This document shows, in pieces, positions 46,348-54,681 of a DNA stretch of 54,681 bases (its first letter is position 1; every line of letters begins with the position of its first letter). The stretch covers positions 1 to 54,681 of the forward strand of contig JBEKXF010000024.1 of the NCBI GenBank assembly GCA_049512315.1. Direction: 5' to 3'. A program made the position numbers and the translations under genes. The notes below the pieces were generated by a model. The model ran no database searches, was not told the DNA's origin, and saw nothing but the letters and a program-made list of their open reading frames with translations. This DNA comes from Candidatus Aminicenantales bacterium (lineage in GTDB: Bacteria > Acidobacteriota > Aminicenantia > Aminicenantales > Saccharicenantaceae).

Positions 46348-46725
46348 GTGACTCCGATGAAATTCAAAGCCGTCGTCTTCATGGTTCTCGGCTGGCTCGT
46401 GCCCGGCCTAGGCCATGCGGTCCAGAAAAAATACGTCCGGGCGCTGCTGTTCTTCGGCTCCATCCTGGCCATGACAGCCATGGGCCTGTCCATGGGCGGC
46501 CGGGTCTATCCCTTCCAGACCGACAATCCGCTGACCATCCTGGCCTTCTTCTCCGACTTGGGCAACGGCCTGTTCTATGGCCTGGCCAGGCTCTTCGCCT
46601 GGGGGCCGGGGGAGCTCGAGCGGGCGACCTTCGAGTTCGGCACGGCCTATATCGCCGGGGCCGGCCTCCTCAACTTCCTCGTCGCCCTGGACGCCTACGA
46701 CATCGGGGTGGGGAAAAGGCCATGA
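46348..46725 (+). CDS. membrane protein (GWLVPGLGH motif, DUF6677-like)
   Basis: WLVPGLGH...AGLLNFLVALDAYD. Confidence 0.75.
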   Translation: MTPMKFKAVVFMVLGWLVPGLGHAVQKKYVRALLFFGSILAMTAMGLSMGGRVYPFQTDNPLTILAFFSDLGNGLFYGLARLFAWGPGELERATFEFGTAYIAGAGLLNFLVALDAYDIGVGKRP

Positions 46726-46904
46726 TCCTCGAAAGCCACCTCCTCTCCATGGTCATCTACTCTTTCTTCGTGTCCCTCGTCATGGCGCTCATCCGCCGCA
46801 CGGAAAAAAAGGACCGCGTCCGCTACGGCGTCGTCCTCTTCCTGGTGATGGTCGCCGGCGCCCTGGCCTTCGGTTGGTTCATGTTCCTGTTCATCAAAAA
46901 ATAA
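46722..46904 (+). CDS. small two-TM membrane protein
   Basis: ATGA overlap; GC3-rich codons. Confidence 0.7.
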   Translation: MILESHLLSMVIYSFFVSLVMALIRRTEKKDRVRYGVVLFLVMVAGALAFGWFMFLFIKK

Positions 46905-46947
46905 GCGCCCGGACGCGGGCCCGGCGGGCGCGCAAGACCCGAAGGTC

Positions 46948-47613
46948 ATGATCGAACTCTTTCACGTCTGGAAGCAGTATCAGAAGCCCTACTGGGCCCT
47001 GTCCGACGTCACCCTCCAGATCCGGGCCGGCGATTTCTATTTCGTGACCGGGCCGAGCGGGTCGGGCAAGACGACCCTCCTCAAGATCATCTTCCGGGAG
47101 CTCCTCCCGACCGAGGGCCAGATCCTCATCGACGGGGTCAACGCCCTGAAGATCCCCGACTCCAAGATCTGGAAGCTCCGGCGGCAGATGGGGATCGTCT
47201 TCCAGGACTTCCGGCTCATGTTCCACCGGCCGGTCTTCGAGAACGTGGCCGTCCCCCTCCAGGTCATCGGGGTCAACCGGAAGGAGATCCGGCGGCGGGT
47301 CTTTGCCACCCTGCAGAAGGTCAACCTCCACCAGAAGATGTGGGAGTTCCCCGGGCGGCTCTCCTACGGCGAGCAGCAGCGGGTGGCCATCGCCCGGGCC
47401 ATCGTCAACAACCCGGAGATCATCCTGGCCGACGAGCCGACGGGGAACCTCGACCCCGAGCTGGCCTTCGAGATCGTGACCCTGTTCAAGGAGATCAACC
47501 GGCAGGGGACAACGGTCATCATCGGCAGCCACGACCGCGAGCTCATTCGCCATTTCGGCGACAACATCCTCTTCCTCCAGAAGGGCAAGATCGTGGGAAA
47601 GGAAGGACGCTGA
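46948..47613 (+). CDS. ftsE: cell division ATP-binding protein FtsE
   Basis: GPSGSGKTT, VFQDFRL, LSYGEQQRVAIARA, ADEPTGNLDP; followed by ftsX. Confidence 0.9.
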   Translation: MIELFHVWKQYQKPYWALSDVTLQIRAGDFYFVTGPSGSGKTTLLKIIFRELLPTEGQILIDGVNALKIPDSKIWKLRRQMGIVFQDFRLMFHRPVFENVAVPLQVIGVNRKEIRRRVFATLQKVNLHQKMWEFPGRLSYGEQQRVAIARAIVNNPEIILADEPTGNLDPELAFEIVTLFKEINRQGTTVIIGSHDRELIRHFGDNILFLQKGKIVGKEGR

Positions 47614-48509
47614 TTTTCGAAAAGGTCAAATTCTTCCTGAGGGTCACCGGGAATAACCTCTGGCAGTATCGGGCCAGGAACGTTTTTTCCGTGACCATCA
47701 TCTGCCTGTCCTTCCTGATCGCCGGCATCTTCCTGGCCCTCTCCAACAATCTCCGCGACACGGCCCGAGACCTGGCGAACAACATGACGATCTCCTTCTT
47801 CCTCGACCGGGGTACGTCGCCGCAGGCGACCGCCGCCCTGCTCCGGGACATCGGCCAGCCGGCGTTCATCGAGAACGCCCGTTTCGTGCGGCCCGAGGAG
47901 GCCATGGAAAAATTCCAGGCGAGCTTTCCTGAGCTCAAGGACATCCTGGCCAGCCTCAAGGCCAACCCCTTCCCGCCGAGCATCGAGGCCCGGGTCCGGA
48001 GCAAGACGTCCTCGGCCGGGGAACTCGTCCGATTCGTCCAGACGATGAAGGGCCGGCCCGGCGTCACCGACGTCCAGTTCAACCAGGAGTGGGTCGAAAA
48101 GATGCAGGGCTTCAGCCGGCTGGCCGGGGCCGTCGGGGTTTTCCTGGGCGGGATCCTCATCCTGGCCTCGTTTTTCATCATCTCGAACGTCATCAAGCTG
48201 AACGTCATGGCCCGGCGGAACGAGATCGAGATCCTGAGACTGGTCGGGGCGACGAACCTTTTCATCCGCATCCCCTTCTGGCTCGAGGGGATTGTCCTCG
48301 GGCTGCTGGGGAGCCTGCTTTCGCTTGGGCTCCTGTTTGTCGTCATCAAGATCTTCCCGCTCTATCTCGGGACGTCCCTCGGCGCCCTCCAGCAGCTCCT
48401 GAGCTTCCGCTACCCGGACTGGCCGCAGGCGCTGGGCCTTCTGGCCGCCGGGGCGGCCACCGGGTTTACGGGCAGCGCCACCTCCGTCTCGAAGTTCCTC
48501 AAGATCTGA
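47610..48509 (+). CDS. ftsX: cell division permease FtsX (probable CTG start)
   Basis: NPFPPSIE, FIISNVIKL..ARRNEIEILRLVGAT..FIRIPF.LEG. Confidence 0.9.
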   Translation: MIFEKVKFFLRVTGNNLWQYRARNVFSVTIICLSFLIAGIFLALSNNLRDTARDLANNMTISFFLDRGTSPQATAALLRDIGQPAFIENARFVRPEEAMEKFQASFPELKDILASLKANPFPPSIEARVRSKTSSAGELVRFVQTMKGRPGVTDVQFNQEWVEKMQGFSRLAGAVGVFLGGILILASFFIISNVIKLNVMARRNEIEILRLVGATNLFIRIPFWLEGIVLGLLGSLLSLGLLFVVIKIFPLYLGTSLGALQQLLSFRYPDWPQALGLLAAGAATGFTGSATSVSKFLKI

Positions 48510-48570
48510 GGATTTGACCCCCACATGGGTTAGTTGACAGGATGAGACGATTGTCTTAAAATCCGGGTCC

Positions 48571-49455
48571 ATGGCGACCCTGGGTCAGGAGCTCAAGAAG
48601 GAACGGGAATCCCGCAATATCTCCCTCGACGAGATGGCGTCCTCCACCAAGATCGTCGGCCGCTACCTGGCGGCCCTGGAGGAAGACCGGCTCGACACCA
48701 TGCCGGGCGGATTCTTCATCAAAGGCATCATCCGCGCGTATGCCAAGTACCTTGGGCTCGACGAAAATAGGATCCTGCAAAAATACGAGGAAGCCGGGGT
48801 CCTCGAGGAGCCGGCCAGGAGCCGGACTTCGGAAGAAAGGCTCGGGTCCGCTATCCTGGGGAAAAATAAGATCATCGTCTGGGCCGTCGTCGGGACCGGT
48901 CTCGTCCTTCTCCTCGTCGCCCTGCTGTTCCTGTGGAGATCGCGGCGGCCCCACGCGGCCGTCCCGCCGCCCAAAGTCTCGACGTCCCTCCTCCAAACCC
49001 ATAGGCCGTCGTCCCCGCCGGTTCAAAAGAATGAAGCCTCGCCGGACCAGAAGCCGGCGGCCGTGCCCGTGACCGAGCCCGCCGCGAAACCCGGTCAGAC
49101 AGTCTCCCAAACCGTCTCCCAGCCGGCCGCTCAGGCCGCCTCCCAGCCCGTCCAGATGGAATGGAAAGGCCTGACCATGGACATTTCTTTCCAGGAGGAG
49201 ACCTGGATCCAGATCTACGCCGACGGGGCCTTCAGGGTCGGGGGCCTGTTCCCGGCCGGCCAGAAGGTCCGGGTCCAGGCGGAGAAGGAGCTCCTCATCT
49301 ACGTGGGCAACGCGGGCGGAATGACCTTCCTCCTCAACGGCAATCCCGGAAAGACGCTGGGGCGCTCGGGCGAGGTGCTCAACAATATCCGGATCAACCT
49401 CGACAACTACAAGGAATTCCTCCAGACCAGAGAACCGCCGGGCCCGTCCCACTGA
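48571..49455 (+). CDS. rodZ: RodZ-like HTH-TM-DUF4115 protein
   Basis: LGQELKKERE...YLAALEE...GFFIKGIIRAYAKYLGLD; TM; VGNAGG. Confidence 0.8.
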   Translation: MATLGQELKKERESRNISLDEMASSTKIVGRYLAALEEDRLDTMPGGFFIKGIIRAYAKYLGLDENRILQKYEEAGVLEEPARSRTSEERLGSAILGKNKIIVWAVVGTGLVLLLVALLFLWRSRRPHAAVPPPKVSTSLLQTHRPSSPPVQKNEASPDQKPAAVPVTEPAAKPGQTVSQTVSQPAAQAASQPVQMEWKGLTMDISFQEETWIQIYADGAFRVGGLFPAGQKVRVQAEKELLIYVGNAGGMTFLLNGNPGKTLGRSGEVLNNIRINLDNYKEFLQTREPPGPSH

Positions 49456-49487
49456 GTCCCATGGCGACGGCCCGGACCGCGTGACCC

Positions 49488-50219
49488 ATGCCAACGGACC
49501 AGTCGGAAGCCATCGTCCTCCGGACGACCAACGTCGGCGACCAGGACAAGATCGTCGTCCTCTTCGGCCGCGACAAGGGCCTCTTCCGCGGCGTCGCCAA
49601 GGGCGCGCGGAAGTTCGGCAACCGGTTCGGCAGCAGCCTGGAGCCCCTGACCGTCGTCCGGGTCTTTTATTATGAGAAGGAGCGTCGCGACCTGGTCACG
49701 ATCTCGAACTGCGACCTCCTCGAATCGTTCTTCGAGGTCCAGGCGGACCCGAAGACGGCCTTTCTCCTGACCTACTTCGCCGAGCTCGTTGAGGAGTTCG
49801 CCCCGGCCCGAGCCAAGGAGGAGGTCCTTTATCGCCTCCTCCTGTCCGTCCTGCGCGCCCTCACGACGGGCGGCGACAGGCCGTTCCTGGCCGCCTATTT
49901 CGAGGCCTGGCTCCTCCACGTCAACGGCTATCTTCCGGACCTGGGCACGTGCCGGAAGTGCCGCAAGCCGCTCAACCCGGGCTGGCTCGGGGCGAAAAGG
50001 GACGGGGCCTACTGCTCGGACTGCGCGCCCTTGAAAAAGGAGGAAGTCCCGGCCGAGACCCAGGCTTTTCTCCACTGGGTCCGCAAGAATCCCCCCTCTG
50101 AATCCGGCGGCCACGGTTTCCCCCCCGCCGAGATCGGCCGGATCCGCAAGACCCTCCAGGCCATGATCGTTTATCACCTGGAGCGCGAGCCCCGGACCCT
50201 GCAGTTCATCAAAGATTAA
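49488..50219 (+). CDS. recO: DNA repair protein RecO
   Basis: EAIVLR...DKIVVLF...GVAKGARK..RFGSSLEP; CRKC...CSDC. Confidence 0.92.
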   Translation: MPTDQSEAIVLRTTNVGDQDKIVVLFGRDKGLFRGVAKGARKFGNRFGSSLEPLTVVRVFYYEKERRDLVTISNCDLLESFFEVQADPKTAFLLTYFAELVEEFAPARAKEEVLYRLLLSVLRALTTGGDRPFLAAYFEAWLLHVNGYLPDLGTCRKCRKPLNPGWLGAKRDGAYCSDCAPLKKEEVPAETQAFLHWVRKNPPSESGGHGFPPAEIGRIRKTLQAMIVYHLEREPRTLQFIKD

Positions 50220-50233
50220 AGGCCCGTTGAAGC

Positions 50234-50277
50234 AAAAAAACCCGCCCCGGCTCCGGCCGAGGCGGGCTTTACTTTTT
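50234..50277. terminator. bidirectional rho-independent terminator
   Basis: A7-CCCGCC-loop-GGCGGG-CTTTACTTTTT between convergent genes. Confidence 0.7.
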
Positions 50278-50311
50278 CCTCGCGTTCTTAAAAACGGTCC
50301 GCTTTCCTGCC

Positions 50312-50908
50312 TCAGAAGAACAGAGATAGCCCTAGGAAGAGGCCGTTCAGGGTGACCTTCTCTACGTACGTGCCCTCGCTTGTGACCTTGATCCTCTCAT
50401 GGCGGTAGCGGTATTCCAGACGAAGAGCCGCGATATTGCCGAACAGGTACTTGAGGCCTACACCAAGGTTGGGAAAGGTCGCCTTGGCGCCCACATCATA
50501 TTTCTCAACATAGCCCGCATACGGGACACCGTTCCCGAATCCGAACCCCGCCAGGATAAAGGGAAGCAACCGGGGAGATTTATTCAGCTTGAAATTGTAC
50601 AGCAGGTTTCCGGACAGAAGCCAGCCTGTTTGATTATACGTGTACCCCCCCGAATAACTCTCATGTTGCGCCGTTAACATCAATTCCGGCTCGAACTCCA
50701 GCCCCTTCCAGATAAAGTAGCCCAAGCGAACGGGGACATTGAAAAAACTGACCTTATACCAATCAGTTCCCGTACCAAATTTAATGGACTCAAAGGAAAA
50801 GGCCGTGCTGAATTCGAACTTCTTCCCCTCGACGACGGAGCCGGCCGCCGACGTGGCTGCGCTCAAGAGAAGCAAGACTCCCAGAAAAACACAAACTTTT
50901 TTCATCAT
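50312..50908 (-). CDS. outer-membrane beta-barrel protein
   Basis: Signal peptide, amphipathic strands, C-terminal Phe. Confidence 0.85.
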   Translation of the reverse strand: MMKKVCVFLGVLLLLSAATSAAGSVVEGKKFEFSTAFSFESIKFGTGTDWYKVSFFNVPVRLGYFIWKGLEFEPELMLTAQHESYSGGYTYNQTGWLLSGNLLYNFKLNKSPRLLPFILAGFGFGNGVPYAGYVEKYDVGAKATFPNLGVGLKYLFGNIAALRLEYRYRHERIKVTSEGTYVEKVTLNGLFLGLSLFF

Positions 50909-51110
50909 CTTTCTCCTTTCCTAGATAGATAGCAAACTCCACCGCACCAAATTCCGTTGCCCGTTTGATAACGCTCGATTCCCACCCCCTTTCGAGAAGC
51001 TGTTCCCCCGCTTCTCCCTTTTGTCATCTTTAAGTTAGCCCCCTCAGAAGGCGTTTGTCAAGGGTTTATCACCCTTCGTGCGTCTTGATTTTGAAAGGAG
51101 GACGGCCCGC

Positions 51111-52499
51111 TTATTTCTTGATAGTCGAGATGAACGCCTCGACCTCGGGGATGCCGCCCTGGAAGATGAGGTAGCCGTTCGACGGCTCGCGTTCCGTGAT
51201 CTCGCCGGCGATCGGCGTCAGCATGATCTTCCGGACCTCTTCGACGTCTTTCGTCCGGCCCAGGGCCCAGGCGAGCTTGACGTAGGCGACCTCGGGGAGC
51301 ATGTTCGCCGCCGGGATGACGCCGAGGTCCATCATGTCGCGGCCCGTATCATATACATACATTTGTACATACCCCCAGAGCGTCTGGACCGTCATGTAGA
51401 CGGCGATCCCCTTGTCCCGGCACTTCTTGAGCGAAGGGTAGAGCGGCTTGTTGACGTGGCCCAGGCCCGTCCCGGCGATGACGATCCCCCGGTAGCCGTT
51501 GTCGATGAGGGAATCGATGATGTCGGGCTTCATGTTGGGATAATAGTAGACGATCGAGACCTTCTCCTCGAAGGACGTGTCGATCCTGACCTCGCGGTCC
51601 TTCCGGCGCCTCTTATAATCCTGGCGGAGGGGCGTGATTTTCTCCCGGCTGACCATGGCGATGGGGATGTCGCCGATCGTCCGGAACGTGGACCGGTAGC
51701 TCGAGTGCATTTTCCGGACCCGCGTCCCCCGGTGGAGGAGGCCGTACGTGTCCGACGTCGGGCCGAACATGCAGACCATGACCTCGGCGATGTCGCTCTC
51801 GGCGGCCGTCTTGACGCTGTGCATGAGGTTGAGGGCGGCGTCGGACGAGGGCCGGTCGGAGGAGCGCTGCGACCCGACCATGACGATGGGCACGGGCGGG
51901 TTCTGGACCATGAAGGACAGGATGGCCGCCGTGTGGTGCATGGTGTCGGTGCCGTGGCCGATGACGATGCCCTGGACGCCCTTTTCGATCTCCCGGCCGA
52001 TGGCCTTGGCCGTGGCGATATACTGCTCGGGCCCCATGTTCTCGCTGAAGACGCCGAAGAGCTTCTCGGTCTCGAGGTTGCAGATATCGGCGAGCTCCGG
52101 GACCGAGCCGTAGAGCTCGCCCGGGGTGAAGGCCGGGATGACGGCGCCGGTCCGGTAGTCGAGGCGGCTGGCGATCGTCCCGCCCGTGCCGAGGAGCTTG
52201 ACCGTGGGCCGGCCCGGGTCGTAGGGGAATTCCTTCTCCGGGATCTTGTAGTGGGCTTCCTTGCGGCCCATGATCGTGATGGCCTCGATCGACCGGGCCA
52301 GGAGGCCGATGTTGTAGCCGGAGCGGAGCTTGAGGACGACGTGGAGGGGATCAGCGGTCTCCGAGCGCGGCAGGATGATCCCGGTGTAGGTACCGTGGGC
52401 CGTCTTGATCTCGACGTCGCTCCAGACCAGGGCGCCGAAATTCTTGAGGGTGGCGAGGGCCTCCCCCCGGTAGCCTTTGTACGAGTCGTCGCCGTTCAC
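51111..52499 (-). CDS. gatD: Glu-tRNA(Gln) amidotransferase subunit D
   Basis: N-terminal LKLRSGYNIG domain; GTGGTIASRLDYRTGAV, HGTDT, GSQRSSDRPSSDA, RKMHSS.R, GTGLGH. Confidence 0.93.
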   Translation of the reverse strand: MNGDDSYKGYRGEALATLKNFGALVWSDVEIKTAHGTYTGIILPRSETADPLHVVLKLRSGYNIGLLARSIEAITIMGRKEAHYKIPEKEFPYDPGRPTVKLLGTGGTIASRLDYRTGAVIPAFTPGELYGSVPELADICNLETEKLFGVFSENMGPEQYIATAKAIGREIEKGVQGIVIGHGTDTMHHTAAILSFMVQNPPVPIVMVGSQRSSDRPSSDAALNLMHSVKTAAESDIAEVMVCMFGPTSDTYGLLHRGTRVRKMHSSYRSTFRTIGDIPIAMVSREKITPLRQDYKRRRKDREVRIDTSFEEKVSIVYYYPNMKPDIIDSLIDNGYRGIVIAGTGLGHVNKPLYPSLKKCRDKGIAVYMTVQTLWGYVQMYVYDTGRDMMDLGVIPAANMLPEVAYVKLAWALGRTKDVEEVRKIMLTPIAGEITEREPSNGYLIFQGGIPEVEAFISTIKK

Positions 52500-54412
52500 T
52501 ATCGTTTCTCCTCGAGAATGCCGCGGACCTTCGCCGCCACGGTGGCGCCCTCGACGAGGCCGCGGACCCGGCCCATGACCAGGCCCATCAGGACGTGGCC
52601 CTTTTTCGCGGGGTTGTGGATCTTCATCGAGCCCAGCCGATCGAGCTCGCGTCCGACGAGGGCCTCAATGTCCGCCGCGGTCGGAACGGGAAGCGGGTCG
52701 CCGTCGGCGAAGCCGCCGGACATGGCCATGAGGATCCCCTCCCGGGAGATCGCCCCGTCCTTATATAACTTAAATATTTTCTTTAACTTATCCTCCGTCA
52801 TGGCCGACGTGTCGAACCCCTTTTTCCGGAGCCGCTTGGGGAACTGGACGAGGGCGACCGAGGCCAGGGTGGGATCGATCTTCTGGTCGTTGACGAGACT
52901 CTCGAACAGCCCGGCCAGCCGGGACACGGCCAGCGGCCGGATGACGTCGTCCGGAACGCCGAGAGCGGCATATGTGGCTTCCCGGGCCCAGATCGGGCGC
53001 GGCAGGGAAACCCTGATTTTCTCCAGCCGCTCCTCGGTCACGGTCTTCGGCGGCAGGTCCGTGTCCGGGTACATCCGGTCCGGCCCGGGGAGGATGCGCT
53101 CGAAGCCGTTGGTCCCGTCGTGGAAGGCCTGGCGCGTCTCGGAGGGGATGCCGACGGTTGCCTCCTTGGCCCGGATGGCGATCTCCTGGGCGCCCGTCTT
53201 GGCGTCGTCCTTGGTCCCCCAAACGATGACGAGCGTGTCGTCGCCGCTCGCCTTGAGGGCTTTCCGGACCGCCTGCCATTCGGCGCTCGCCAGCGTCTCG
53301 GACGCGCTGTCCGAGTGGACGATATTGGGCAGGGTCGTCAAACAGGCGACGACCCGGACGCGGTCGGAGATCTCCCGCGAGAAATGGGTGTTGGCCTGGG
53401 TCTGCCAGCTGAGCAGCCCCCGGTAGCCGCGCAGGACGACGCCGTTCGCGACGGCGCCCGCGTCGAGGGCGTTGCGGACGGGTTGGTAGCTCGTCCGCTG
53501 GAGGAGCTTGGTGAGGTCCTCGATATTGGCCTTGAAGGTCTCGGCCGTGAGGCCGCGGCGATGGAGCTCGTCGCGGAGCCTGAGGAGGTTCCACTGGCGC
53601 ATGGCCTCGCTGTAGGTCAGGAGCGGGATCCGCGGGATGCGGGGCACGCCCTTGATCTCGACGCGCGTCCCGCCGCGGACGCTGACGTTGACGTCCTCGC
53701 GGGCGGCCCCGATCCCGGTCCGGACCCGGCCCGTGCTCCGGACGAGGCGGCGGCAGATCTGGGCCACCTCGGCGACCTCCTGGGGCGTCCGCATGTCCGG
53801 TCCGGTCACGGTCTCGATGAGCGGCATGCCCAGGCGGTCGGTGAGATAGACGCGGCGGTGGCCGACGTCGCTCACCTCCCGGCAGGCGTCCTCCTCGAGG
53901 CCGAGCTGGACGATTTGGATCCGCCGGTCCTTGTAGGGGATCCAGCCGTTGACGCCCACGATCGTCGTCCGCTGGAAGCCGGTCGGGATACTCCCGTCGA
54001 GGTACTGCTTGCGGGCGATGTGGAGCTCGTCGACCAGGTTGAGGTTGTAGAGCATGGCGATGCCCAGGGCGATGTCCAGGGCCGTCTCGTCGATCATGAA
54101 CGGCGGCGTGTCGTCCATCTCGTAGGTGCAGACGGTCTCGCGGTTGATCCGGTAGATGATCTCCTTTTTGGTCTTGAACTCCATCAGGGCGGTGCCGTCG
54201 TACTCGCCGAGCTCGGACAGGGTCGGCCGCATGTGGCGGAGGATCTCGGCGTCGTATTTTTCGCTGTACCGGCCGGCCGGGCAGCGGCAGAAGAGCTTCT
54301 TTTCGGTCAGGAGCTGCTGGTGGATCTCGAGGCCCGAGCGGAAGCCGACCTCCTCGTAATCGGCTTCGGTCATCTCCGGGAACGGCTTGAACTGGAAGTC
54401 GTAATCGCTCAT
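52499..54412 (-). CDS. gatE: Glu-tRNA(Gln) amidotransferase subunit E
   Basis: GLEIHQQL, KLFCRC, RPTLSELGE.D..A, DGSIPTGFQRT, LEED, DRLGMPLIE, HSD insert, LPG.DRMYP.TD. Confidence 0.93.
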   Translation of the reverse strand: MSDYDFQFKPFPEMTEADYEEVGFRSGLEIHQQLLTEKKLFCRCPAGRYSEKYDAEILRHMRPTLSELGEYDGTALMEFKTKKEIIYRINRETVCTYEMDDTPPFMIDETALDIALGIAMLYNLNLVDELHIARKQYLDGSIPTGFQRTTIVGVNGWIPYKDRRIQIVQLGLEEDACREVSDVGHRRVYLTDRLGMPLIETVTGPDMRTPQEVAEVAQICRRLVRSTGRVRTGIGAAREDVNVSVRGGTRVEIKGVPRIPRIPLLTYSEAMRQWNLLRLRDELHRRGLTAETFKANIEDLTKLLQRTSYQPVRNALDAGAVANGVVLRGYRGLLSWQTQANTHFSREISDRVRVVACLTTLPNIVHSDSASETLASAEWQAVRKALKASGDDTLVIVWGTKDDAKTGAQEIAIRAKEATVGIPSETRQAFHDGTNGFERILPGPDRMYPDTDLPPKTVTEERLEKIRVSLPRPIWAREATYAALGVPDDVIRPLAVSRLAGLFESLVNDQKIDPTLASVALVQFPKRLRKKGFDTSAMTEDKLKKIFKLYKDGAISREGILMAMSGGFADGDPLPVPTAADIEALVGRELDRLGSMKIHNPAKKGHVLMGLVMGRVRGLVEGATVAAKVRGILEEKR

Positions 54413-54560
54413 CTCTCGGGTCTTGCGTCCTTAACGATAAAGGACCGCATTATACCATAATTTTTTATTTTGGGGTCGGACCTCAGCAGCTCAGACATAA
54501 TAATAGGGTTGATTATTTTCAATCAGTTTGGCGATAGCCTTAAGTCTCGTTTTTGGGGGC

Positions 54561-54681
54561 TGCACATTCAACTTCGAAGTGCAACGACTCGGGTGAAGAC
54601 TTCGAGGGGTGTTTTATACTTCAAGCACTTCCTCGGTCGGTTGTTGATCCGGGATTCGACCGCCATGATCTCTTCCTCGGT
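54561..54681 (-). mobile_element. IS30-family element right end with transposase C-terminus (partial, runs off the window)
   Basis: Reverse complement ...ESRINNRPRKCLKYKTPLEVFTRVVALRS* (stop 54568-54570); terminus TGCACATTCAACTTCGAAGTGCAAC. Confidence 0.85.

Noticed and set aside
46894..50177. Several long minus-strand ORFs
   Set aside because: Shadows of ftsE, ftsX, rodZ and recO.
51078..54460. Long plus-strand ORFs (782 aa and 446 aa)
   Set aside because: Antisense shadows of GC-rich gatD/gatE; no recognisable motifs.

Overview
Bacterial window, with a kinase family and gene style suggestive of Ca. Aminicenantes/Acidobacteriota (inference only). It has two parts. (1) A GC-rich housekeeping block at ~45.4-54.4 kb: tRNA-Arg(CCT), a C-terminally truncated mutM, ftsE, ftsX, rodZ, recO, an outer-membrane barrel and an archaeal-type gatE-gatD operon, ending in an IS30 end. 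(2) A ~45 kb lower-GC accessory mosaic downstream of the tRNA. A 48-bp exact duplicate of the tRNA-Arg(CCT) 3' half (8517-8564 vs 45422-45469) delimits a ~37 kb island. The island carries a tyrosine integrase with two Xis-like HTH genes, a satellite-like regulation/replication module, and defence-like or signalling cargo: GmrSD, PD-(D/E)XK nucleases, a nucleotide-cyclase-like gene, a DUF488 pair, an ECF sigma/anti-sigma/TPR-CHAT module and a radical SAM/SPASM enzyme. The most unusual structure is non-coding. At least 7 tRNA-derived att-like cores from four tRNAs (Arg-CCT, Arg-CCG, Leu-CAA, Thr-CGT) are paired with two recurring families of arm-type repeats, including one apparently complete attP-like junction that has the island's arms but a tRNA-Thr core. 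About 15 transposase-less IS3-type termini sit at cargo-gene boundaries, and there are three diverged copies of an orphan gene 3' end. Family assignments are by eye from motifs; no searches were run.
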